NCBI RefSeq assembly: GCF_009914755.1
Contig: NC_060934.1
Direction: 5' to 3' (one strand)
From: the human T2T-CHM13v2.0 reference genome, Homo sapiens
DNA length: 64,000 nucleotides
How positions within the stretch are numbered: the stretch's first letter is position 1; the number at the start of each line of letters is the position of its first letter. Shown here one piece after another: positions 50,890-64,000 of the stretch. Below the pieces are notes generated by a model. That model saw only the letters and a list, made by a program, of their open reading frames with translations, did not search any database and was not told the DNA's origin. The translations under genes and the position numbers were made by a program.

Positions 50890-51827
50890 TTCTACTTTTT
50901 ATATTTAAACCAGCTATAAAAATATAAAGATTAAAGTATATAAAAAGTGTATTTCAGCACTTTTTACTTGTCTGGAGGAAAAACAGTTTTATAAATCTCA
51001 CCAGAAGTCATTAGAATAAGATTTATAGTGCACATTTTCTTATATTGTATCCAAGACATATAAAAAGTTTTAAATTTGGTTCACATATCAGTGGTTTATA
51101 ACAATGGAGTCACTTTTCTTTTGTCTATACCTACTATTTGCTTTTTTATGAAAGCATTTTTTTTTTACAATGAGGAGTGACTGGGGAAGAAGGGGTCAAT
51201 GAGTCCATCATTTAAACTTTTAAAGTCATTATGTCACAATGGGAATTCTACTCAGCAACAGCAGCTCATAGAACTGAACAGAAGTAGTGCCTTGACTCAT
51301 GTTTTAACATATAGACTTATTAATCACTTGCATAACAAAAAAGGTCAATTCAAATTATTGGATATCCCTATAAAGCCTTTTGGGCAAATACACCTGATTC
51401 CTAAGCCTTAAAATATTTTATTTGCATGTATATAAAATATATTGCCATTTAAATGATGCACATTTTAGAAATGTGGTGGATCACTGTGGTCCTTAAGTCC
51501 TTCCTCATATACATCTGAAGACTAAATATCTCTGTAATACATTGTCTCTGCCTTGTGTCTTGAATATTTCTTTTATTTATCTTGCTTTTAAAGTAATACA
51601 ATCATAAAACTTTGAGAGTAGTCAGACCTCAAGCCACATTAGTTAAAACTTATGGGACAGTAGTTCCTCTTTGGAGAAAAGAAATCATAAGTATCCCCAT
51701 GTTATGGGATTCTGCAACCCAGAGAGAACCCTTGGAAAGAGTTTACAACATAAGAATCCAAGTAGGTTGACTTCAGGCTAGACTTGAGCAGACTATTCGA
51801 TAAATCACTGAGAGTATTTTAAGAGTG

Positions 51828-51863
51828 ATGTGTATATATATGTGTGTATATATATATATATAT
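51828..51863. repeat. (TG)/(TA)n microsatellite
   Basis: Direct reading. Confidence 0.8.
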
Positions 51864-52066
51864 TGCTAGGATAAAATTTATGATTTGTAAATTACTTACG
51901 AAAGTACTGGGAAAATGGTCAGTTCATTTGGGCAGTATTCCAGCCATATTCAGCCTGTATTTGAAGCATTAAGAACACAAAGGTAGTCACTATGACTATA
52001 TCAGGGTTAAAGAATTCCCTTTCAATACTCCATTGATTAAACAAATATTTACTGATTATGTATATT

Positions 52067-52205
52067 TGTGAAATAATTCTTCATCGCTCTTTAGCATTTC
52101 TGTATCTCTTGAGAGCAGAGGCATGAACTAGCCTTTTGTTCCAGAAAAATCTTTCCAAGGATGTTTATATAAAACAGAACATAGAGATAGCCAGTGCTTC
52201 ATCCA
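52067..52205 (+). mobile_element. ERVL-class LTR fragment (MER73/MER74/LTR53-like)
   Basis: gcatttctgtatctcttgagagcagaggca...ctttccaaggatgttt...atagagatag motif. Confidence 0.45.
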
Positions 52206-53563
52206 AATAAGGCTCTCCTTGTACTAATACTTATCTTTCATTTTCTTGGGGTTTCTTTTATAATTTATTTTGTTTTTTAATTTGAATGTCTTTATTGGTA
52301 TATTATAATTTAACAAAGTGCAATTTTAGCTTAACAAAAGCCACTCTATTCTCATAACACTTTCTCTATAAAATGTGGAAGTTTTGCAGAGAGAGGGTGA
52401 GTTATTTCCCTTAGGGAGAGAAAGTATTAAGATTTAACCTCTTTTTTTTAGCTTAAATGTTATTTGTCCCTTTTTTATAATTGAGATGGTATCTGCTGAG
52501 ATTTGCAGGCTGGTGTGTACCTGAAGGCTTTGCTTTCTCTTGCATAGGGGGACACATCATAAATAAGATGGGCAGCTGGCCTAGTCATCTAATGCAGTGA
52601 TGTCTAATTTGAAAGTCACACGTTCAATCTTGCCCGCAAATGTGTTTTGGTTGACCTGCCAGTATAAAAAAAAAACCAATAGCTTTCAAATTCAGTCTGT
52701 GTTCATATTCCTAACTGTTCTTGAAATATTTGAAGATGAGGCCATACTACCACAGTCCCCATGACAGCAATGGCTGTAAGAGAATAGTACCGGATCCTCT
52801 CAGATGAAACATGTGCTTTCCAGTTTTCTGGCCCATCTGCTTCACTTGCCCTGTCAGATTCCTATAATTAATAACTTGTTAATGACCCATGGTTTGATTT
52901 CTTGTCTCCTATGCACAAAACAGCAAGAACGGTATTTCATAAATATCAATCACATCATGTGATTTCCTGAACTGACCCTTCCCGTGGCTTTCTCTCCCAC
53001 ATAGAAAATAATCTTTTAAAAAATAATAAAAATAATAAAAAAATAAAATAATAAAAAAGTTTTATTTTGCTCTAGAAAGCCCCATATGATCTTAGCCCAT
53101 TTCGCAGACCTTATTTCTTATTATACTTTCTTCACCCACCCCCATTATCTCTATTTATATGGAACTTCTTTCTCCCTGTTACCTGAACATGATAAGGTCA
53201 TTTATCAGGATTTTTTGCACTTGCTGTCTTTTATGTTAGGAGCACACATAGCATGTTATCTCTCTCCCAGTGGCTTCTTTTCAGAGTCTTTACAATACCC
53301 TCCTTCAGTCAGCTCTATACACTGTTGTAAAAATAATCTCTGACACACAACCAATCTTGTCATTAATCTGATTTAAATCCATCAAGAATTTTCCACTAAC
53401 CACAGTGTAACAGTAAAACTCATTGGCATGATATACAAGGCCTACCGAATCCAGATTGAATATACATTTAGGTCTTATACTCCCACTCTTCCTTTATGAA
53501 ACATATGCTGTACAGACTGTACCATTTTCCAATTGGGTGAGAATTTCCATAGCTTTGCTTTTA

Positions 53564-53629
53564 CTAGGCTGGTGAAGAAGTAATTGTGGTTTTGCCATGA
53601 AAACTGCAATTACTTTTGCACCAACCCAA
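53564..53629. mobile_element. MADE1 (Hsmar1-derived MITE), centre partly deleted
   Basis: taggctggtgaagaagtaattgtggttttgcca / aaaactgcaattacttttgcaccaacccaa with TA flanks. Confidence 0.9.
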
Positions 53630-54090
53630 TATGTTTGTGGTTATTCTCTTGGCCTGACTTTCCCCTTTCTTACCAAAAATCTAACCCAAACTATCATTCC
53701 CAGTCAAAAATATGCATAATTCATTAGGCATCTTCTGTGATACTGCAGCATTTTCTTAGACTTTTAAAATAAAAATAAATAAATAAAATAAAACCAGTGT
53801 GTTGAATGCTGTTTAAGTTACTCCTAAAGAGACTCCGAGTTCACTGAAAATAACAATAGAGTTTATACTCCAGTATAGAGCATATTCTCAACAAATTTAT
53901 TAAATTCAAGCGAAAACTAGTGAAATTCATATCTGATTGCAGTTTAGTACTATGAGAAGACTTCAAAATCAATGCTTAGTAGTCATTGGCTCAGTTCTGT
54001 TCCCCTTAGGTGACTCAAAAAAAAAAATTCAACGTGCAAAGGAAATTGGGTTTGGACTTTGATTATGATTATGCAAGACAAACTATAGTG

Positions 54091-54289
54091 TAGGAAGCTT
54101 GTCCAACACACTTTATTTTATTGTTGTTCTGCTTTGTTTTGTTTTAGGCTTTTAGCATACTGAAGCCATGGTTTTTAGTTTCTGCCTCTAGTGATAAGTG
54201 GAAAAGAGGATGAGGAAAGGGCCTTACTGGCCCAACCAGAAACAGAAACCAAGAACCCATGAGTTTTTTCTCTCACTTGGACACTCCTG
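54091..54289. mobile_element. MER30B-like hAT MITE
   Basis: gccatggtttttagtttctg...actggcccaaccagaaacagaaaccaagaacccatg...cttggacactcctg. Confidence 0.75.
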
Positions 54290-54655
54290 GGAGGTGATTT
54301 TGTATCATGTAACTTGATTCATTCAGATAGAAAACTCAAGTCCTATTGTAGCAGGGCATTGTCCATACAGATCATAGCTTAATAGCCAAACTTGGTTTCT
54401 TCTGAGAATAGAAAAGCCTTAACTTTATGGAATAAAGTAAAATTCTCATGGTTTGCAGTCAAGAAGAGACACTTTTGCTTGCTTCAATAAAGACAAAAGC
54501 AAGCACAACCTTCATGTTTGGGTCAGTTTCCTTTATCTTCCAAATTTCAAGAAGATGACATGATGAGTCCCAGGTGGATGCTGCATGAGCAATAGCTTTG
54601 TAGCATACTTCAGGAACTCAGAGTTTAGGGAATCCAAATATTTCGTAATTGCCTA

Positions 54656-54859
<204 letters not shown>

Positions 54860-55158
54860 TTAAAGTAGTTTTTTCCAATTCTGTGAAGAAAGTCATTGGT
54901 AGCTTGATGGGGATGGCATTGAATCTATAAATTACCTTGGGCAGTATGGCCATTTTCACAATATTGATTCTTCCTACCCATGAGCATGGAATGTTCTTCC
55001 ATTTGTTTGTAACCTCTTTTATCTCATTGAGCAGTGGTTTGTAGTTCTCCTTGAAGAGGTCCTTCACATCCCTTGTTAGTTGGATTCCTAGGTATTTTAG
55101 TCTCTTTAACACAATTGTGAATGGGGGTTCACTGATGATTTCGCTCCCCGTTTGTTGG

Positions 55159-56979
<1,821 letters not shown>

Positions 56980-58659
56980 ACAATGAGAACACATGGACAC
57001 AGGAAGGGGAACATCACACTCCAGGGACTGTTGTGGGGTGGGGGGAGGGGGGAGGGATAGCATTAGGAGATATACCTAATGCTAAATGATGAGTTAATGG
57101 GTGCAGCACACCAACATGGCACACGTATACATATGTAACAAACCTGCACATTGTGCACATGTACCCTAAAACTTACGGTATAATAATAATAAAACTAAAA
57201 AAAAAGAAACACTATCCAAATTATACTGAACAGTAAGCAAACCTTCTCTGGAGGGAAGCACTCTCTTTTGTGCCTTGTCAAATCATGTCATGCAAATATG
57301 AGCATTCGCAGAATCAAAATAAAAAACATTCTGAAAAATAGAAAAATGAAATAAGAGTGTAGGTGCAAGTGCCTTATTTGGTTAAAGAACTGACTATGTA
57401 TTTAGAAACAGAAGGGACATATATTAAAAGTTAGCATTGTTTGCTAGTGAGATTATCGGTGTCCTTAGAATATTTGATAACATATTTACATGTTGCCAGT
57501 CATTTTCTGGAGAAAATCTCTTATGGTAGCAAATTCAAGGTGATAGTTAGCCAACAAATAAGATATTAGTGAGAAGGGAGACAAATTTATTCCCGCAGAT
57601 TAAACTAATCATAGCCTCTTCTCCTTTCTGGCAGAAGCCAGTTCCTTCTATTCATAACTAAACCAGCCTTCCAAAAGAATCAGGCTCTCAATTCAGTCAT
57701 AACATAAAAGTAAAAAAAAAGTCTGGATTTCTGACTTTCTGTAAATATTTTTACCTGTGAATTTATAGACAGCTACATTTTATTCCTTTGCTTTCTTTCA
57801 TATATTTAAAATATTGAGCATTTGCATCAATAAAGCCACAGAAGATATATTTCTATTTATGTGACAGTATAAAAACAACTAATGGGAAAACTGCCATGCC
57901 AATTCCAAAGTATGAGGGATCAATTGTTGGACAGATTGATTGTTGCCTTCCAGTCTATGACAATGGTGGGGAGGGAGCTGGTTTGAGGAAAAGAGGCAAT
58001 AGACTGCTGCTAATCCTGAAAATATATTTCTGGCTTTTTCTTCATTCAATCTCATGCATTTTCTTCTTTCTGTCTGATTTGGACTTGCCACTAGCATCTG
58101 AGATTATATGGTGCTTGCCTCTTACAAAGGGAAGTTTGTAACTAGTTTGCATTTTTAAAGCTTCTACAGAATAAAGAAATTTCTGATAACCCTCCCATCC
58201 AAACCAATTAGAGAAAAACTGCTGAATTTGTGACTTTATCAGGTTTCAGGGAAATCTCACATATCCAAAATCAAGCATTCTTTATAAAAATTGTGCCATT
58301 TTCAGACATTTACTTTTCTTGAACCTCCTTGAAAGTCATTGCAAAAGCAAAGTGTTTCAGAAATAAGTACACTTACTTCTAACTAGCAGTCTCATAGACC
58401 ATCAGTTGACATTTTTAAAGATACAGAAAATTTCAGGCAAAAACATTTAAAATTTGCTTTTTTCCTCACTAGGAGGATGCATTTGATTATACATTTTAGA
58501 TTATTTAACACAATATTTATGTGGCATATAGAGTCTTTGCTATGACTTCCAGATCTTTTAATATGAAAAAAATATTGAAAATAGTCAATTGCATTTGTCT
58601 TTAAACTTAGATTATAATAAAACTGATTTACTTTACCAGACAAACTATAGAGTAATGAT

Positions 58660-58880
58660 TAATAGTACAGATCTTGGAGCCAGAATGCCCAGATTTGAAT
58701 CATAACTCTGCTATTTAATAGCTGTGTTATCTTGAAATATCAGGCAAGTTATTAATATCTCTGCACTTCGGTTTTATCATATTTAAAATAGGGATGATAA
58801 TGAAGCTTTCTAAGGTTGATGTGAGGATTAAATGAGTCAATGTTGGTGAATTTTGAATATTATCTAGAATTTGGTACATG
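58660..58880 (+). mobile_element. MIR SINE
   Basis: tggagccagaatgcccagatttgaatc...ggcaagttattaatatctctgcacttcggttttatcat...gtgaggattaaatgag. Confidence 0.8.
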
Positions 58881-59108
58881 ATGGAGGGGTAGTTAACTAT
58901 CCTTATTAAGATTAATGAGCCAAACAAGCTCTGCATAATGTTAGGCATCTTATTTATTAACAATGGTCCAATTGGGACATAGCACTCAGCAGTACAATAT
59001 GAACGTTCTATCAGAACCTGCTTTCCTGTGGATTCCTCAATTGGAAAATAAAGCAAGGGAGAACTGTATCACCAAAAACATGAATGTAAAGGAAACAATC
59101 TTCATATT

Positions 59109-59456
59109 TGATATGGTTTAGCTGTGTCCCTACCCAAATCTAATCTCAAACTGTAATCCCCATAATCCCCACGTGTCAAGGGCAGGTCCTGGTGGGAGGT
59201 GATTGGACCATGTGGGCAGTTTTCCTCATGCTGTTCTCTAATAGTGAGTGAGTTCTTACAAGGTCTAATGGTTTTATAAGTGTTTGACATTTCCTCCTAC
59301 ACACATTTACTTTTGCTCACCTGCTGCCATGTAAGACGCACCTGCTTCCCCTTCTGCCACGATTGTAAGTTTCCTGAGGCCCCTACAGCCATGTGGAACT
59401 GTGAGTCAATTAAACCTCTTTCTTTCTTTATAGCAGTGTGAAGATGAACTAATACA
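59109..59456 (+). mobile_element. THE1 (THE1C/D-like) solo LTR
   Basis: tgatatggtttagctgtgtccctacccaaatc...gatgaactaataca; near-TSD atatt/atact. Confidence 0.92.
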
Positions 59457-62400
59457 ATACTTAATAATATTAATTTTATTTCAACAGCAAAAGTAATCAT
59501 TGATTATAAAGATGACCCAGAAATATCTTTTTAATGTCTAGGGCACAATATCTGGAACTTGTAGTTGTTTAGTTTCAGAAACTCATAATTTTCAGATACC
59601 AACTTATAATTTTCAGATATTTATTTTAAAAATGTCCTGCCTTCTGAAAGAGTAATATAGCTTTGTTTTTCTCATTATTGTTTTTATGTTTAGCTTATGA
59701 GGAACCATAACAATTTATAATTTTTGTGGCACAAAGATGAACTATATGTATTTATTTATTTTTACCATATTAACTATGAGACCTATTTTCCTCAGGAACA
59801 GATCATATCATTGGCAATCTAGGCATTCTCCTAACCCAGTCATGCCCTAGAAGGTTGGCCACCAGAAATGTTAAAACAGGTCGTTATAAAGGGCATGAAT
59901 ATAAAAACAAGAGACTGCCCTGAGGAGGAGGTGCCAGCCTCTGGCCAAGCATTGAGGTTTCTCTGGCCCAAGCAAATCACTGAGCCTGCTCCAAGTTTTG
60001 CCTTCTCTGCCATCATTGTTGACATGGTGTTGGAGACTGGCAGATAATTTAACATTGTGGTTCCAATTCTAATTGTCTATGTGTTCACAAGCTGTTATTA
60101 GTTTTTAATAATATGTCAATGTTACTATTATTATTATTACTCTTCTTATTATAACTATTTTCAAATAGAAATTGGTCTGTTTAGAACAGATCCCTGTTAA
60201 TCTCTCATTAACTGATTCCTGACTTCACCATTTGATTTCTTTAACTCCTAGACCAAATCTACATTTGTTGCTTCTGATGTAAACATCTTAATGTCTGCCT
60301 ATCTCATAATAGTCTTATTATTCTTAAAAAATAGAATAGAAAAAGAAGCAAAATTTATTTTCACAGTTTATATTTTATCTTTATCATTTATTGACTAATC
60401 ACTACACATTGAGAAGTTCCTTTTATTTGGTGGATATATTTAAGAGTCTAGCTTACGGTCTTGGAAATTGTACCCAAGGAAGAGCATAGCTTTCTGTGTG
60501 TTAGCATCACTGACATTAATTTTACAATTATGTACCTCTCTATACTTAACCTTAGTTACATGTTTCTCATTCCATATTTTGTACATATTCTAATTTATCT
60601 CTTTGTTCTTTAAAGAGCTCTCTGTATAACCATGTTGCTTTGAGAAATGTGGCTTAGTAATTTCTCAAGGACAGTTGGAAAAAAGTTTAAATTGTTTATA
60701 AATATTGTAAGAAATTGCCACCTTTCCCTAGATATTCTTCCTTTAAAATAACAATATGAATGCATTTTTCACCAATATCTTTTATAAGGCAACCCAACAA
60801 TATTTATCAATACTTCATCCCACTTTCTAGAATAAGACAGACATTCAAATTAATTTCCCCTTTCAAAGTGTTGATGGCTTGTGAAATTAGACTCAGGTAG
60901 ATAGCCTGGAAAAGTGTATTAGCCTCTCCCTGTCACTCAGACTTTCTGAATGAATAGACAGGCTTTCCTCTATTTAAAAAATGCTTGTATTTCATTTCAA
61001 AAGCATCAAATGTCTCTATAAAGAGAAAAATGGGAGTCAAGAGGATTGGTATTTTTCAAGTGGGGAGAACTCAGACTAGATTCTATGATTAAATGTAGAA
61101 ACAACCCTCCAAAAAACTAGTTTATTAAAGCCATTAAGTTAGTATAACTACTTCATTTTGAAAAATAGCTACAGCAAAATCTAGTGTTCGGTTTATGCAT
61201 TTATTTTTAGGTATTCTTTTTCCTTATGGAAAAAAGAACTTTGACATAGCTTTTTATTTATTTGTTTAGTATCAATATGAGTTGAGAAGAGACATGTTAA
61301 AATGCTGGAAAAAAATGTATACAAAAAATGAAATCAAGAGAGAAAATAGTTCATGATAGCAGGACCCCCTCCTGTTATACTGCAAGAATATGGATTCATA
61401 TTTATTTTATAGTCTGCTTATCTTCATGCAAAAATAAAAGCAAATATGCAAAAATGGAGGTTATGAGATTTACTGATTATCATACACATAACTGGAAATT
61501 TGAAAAGCTGATATGTTATTTTATCAAAATGAATATTTTATAGAAAAACTAAAATGTCTTTAGTGAAGTATATCACAAGGTACCATAAAGAACTGTCATA
61601 AATGGACAGTATTCTCAAACCTATAATTTGCCCTAGTCCTAAACAATCCAGCTAAATAATTCTGTCCTTAAAACTGTGAACAATCAACCACAACCAAGTC
61701 TTTTCAGAAAAGCTTTTACACAATGTGTCCAAGTGAAAGGAGTAAAGCCAACTGTCAGTGCTAATTGCTTAGCAGGAATATTCTAACAAATTCAATTCAG
61801 ATAAAATAATGAAAAATAAAATGATTAGTTATTAATTTAATTACTTTGGGTTCTCTCTAGCCTTGGAGATATTTTAGAAAGAGAAAACAAACAAATAAAT
61901 GAATAGTAATTTTAAAAGAAGGAAATGAAACTAATGGCAAGTGAAATATTACCCTGTGGGATCAACAGACTTGTCTGCTGCTTCCTTTGTTCAGTCTAGC
62001 CTGTATACTCAACAGAACACATAAGGGTGTGGCTGGAACCTCATCTTGGGCTCTCTGATCTTCTCAGAGCTCAACAGCGGCAAGTCCATCGCTTTTGTTG
62101 GTCATGAAGGACATTGTCAACAACACTGTCTGGAATCTGCAAACCCCTGTGTATCAATAATTTCCAAAATAAACACCCCAAATAAAGGAGAATCACATAT
62201 TGCCTGGTAATAATCTAGAGGATCTAAACACCTTATTTTCAGTGACTTTGTTTGTTTTGGATTATTCAAATCCTAGTAAAATGATTTAAATTCTCTTTGG
62301 TCATCTATTAATACCAACAATATTGATCAGGTGGGGTTCTGGGTGCCTAGTGACCATAAAAGACACTTAAAATGTTCAAGTAGTTTAATAATATCTTTCA

Positions 62401-62544
62401 GTTAAAGATATGACTTCAGATTAGTGGACTAAAAGGAGCTTATAAGACTTTTTCCCAGGCTTTGTCTCCTCCTGGCTAGATAAGTACTGCACACACATGT
62501 ATGTGTGCTCACATACACACATGCACACACCCCTTTACATTGCA

Positions 62545-62670
62545 ATTCTTCATTGAATAAATATCTACTGAGTATCTTTCATATGCCAGGTACAATCCTA
62601 GGTGCTAGGATGGAAAACAATTGAATAAGGAAAAGTCATTGCCACAAAGATTATAGTTGAGTTACTGCCT
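62545..62670 (-). mobile_element. L2 3' fragment
   Basis: cattgaataaatatctactgagtatctttcatatgccaggtacaatcctaggtgctagga. Confidence 0.6.
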
Positions 62671-63264
62671 ACTTCATTTTATAAGTTAATTAATTGAAAA
62701 AAATCATGATTCAACTTCATATATTAAATCAGATTTTCTAATCCAATTAAGCATCTCATTATAGAGCATATTTACTAATAACTTGAGCATGTTGTCATTA
62801 TCTTTTAATAATAACACTATCATCTACCATTATTTAATATTTTGAAGGAATAAGATACTGTGCTAAGGGTTTTATATAAAATATTCATTAATTCAGCAAA
62901 CATGTATTAGTATCTATACCTTACTGGAAACTAGTATAGGCTAGGGCTTCCCATGCATTTCAAATAAAAAAGCTGATGCTTTAACCCAATAGTGGTGATT
63001 AACTCCAACTTTCATATTCAAATGACTAATAGAGGAGGTTCTCTATACTCCTACCTCCTTTACATTTTTTAACACACCATGAAATAATAAAACACAAAGA
63101 AACAGCAACTCCCAGAAAGCTCTACTAAGAATACTCTCTATCTCTTTCTATTTCATAGAAATTCAGTTACTGAAGCAAAAACCCACAAAAATAAAAATTT
63201 TACTTCAGATCCCAGCTTCTTGTGACCCATTGCTTGCTGTAAAGTATACATTTATTTTGCTGTC

Positions 63265-63725
63265 TATTTTTTTCTTTAAAATAATTTCAAATTTACAGAA
63301 AAGTTGTAAGAACAGAATATTATTTTTTATTGAACCATTTCATAGAACATTGAAGATGTGTTAGGCCTTTATTCCTGAACACTCAATTTGTATTTTCTAT
63401 AACATGGACATTATCTTTAAGGCCAATACAAGCATAAAAATCAGAAAATTATTAATGACATGTTATAATCATCTAAAGCACAGATTATCTGAGCAGAAGT
63501 TTCTAAATTTTTTTTTTAATAAAAACTGACCAGCTCAAAAGTACATCAATTATAAAAGGAATTCTTGGCATTTAATGATAAAGCACAAATGCAACAATAA
63601 TTTGAAGAGTTGGAAGACAAACGCAAGCTACTTACTCGGAATATAGAACCAAACAGACATGTAAATCAGAAAAGCAAAGATTAGAAAATCAGAGTCAACT
63701 CAGGAAATACAACATTCAAAAAATC
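63265..63725. mobile_element. Old L1M fragments (3' end on minus ~63265-63500; ORF1-like on plus ~63520-63725)
   Basis: aataatttcaaatttacagaaaagttgtaagaa L1M 3' motif; gaagagttggaagacaaa ORF1-like motif. Confidence 0.55.
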
Positions 63726-64000
63726 TTGATGAAGGAGGCTTTCAGGGACAGTGATGAAACCCTTCCAATGAGACATTCAGAGACATGGTCCTGCCAAAGC
63801 TTCACTCACTGTTGGGAAAAGAACAAGTCCCCCTAAGTAAATGTTAAAATGACCTTTGGAAATGAAACACAGGTATGCTTATACAAAACATTCTTACGTA
63901 GTCAAGTGACTCTTCCATCTTCCCCACATACAGTAGAGATACAGAGACGAGGGATGGGAGCAGGGGCAAATCACTCGGTCAATCTTTATTTTGACTACCT

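Noticed and set aside
57283-57298. Near OCT4-SOX2 composite motif (catgtcatgcaaat)
   Set aside because: SOX half-site imperfect; single motif in an old LTR with no other support
59840-60055. 71-aa minus-strand ORF in a GC-richer patch
   Set aside because: No recognisable homology or convincing splice context

Overview
Primate (catarrhine/hominoid-type) AT-rich, gene-poor genomic DNA dominated by transposable elements. These include three Alus, L1s of several ages (one near-full-length old L1PA, two 5'-inverted L1s), MaLR LTRs, an ERVL relic, three solitary LTR12/ERV9 LTRs and DNA transposon relics. No intact host protein-coding gene is supported; almost all listed ORFs are repeat-derived or chance. 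The most unusual object is a class I ERV (tRNA-Pro PBS, HUERS-P3/LTR9-like) on the minus strand at ~37.8-44.1 kb that has been repeatedly patched. It carries, in place of part of pol, an unspliced ~317-bp fragment of a host gene: an exon with both splice sites, which I recognise from memory as EPB41L4B and which needs BLAST confirmation. It also carries a ~145-bp copy of its own upstream flank, a nested LTR12, a fold-back hairpin at one end, and both LTRs clipped to ~65 bp. Repeat subfamily names come from recalled consensus motifs and are approximate.
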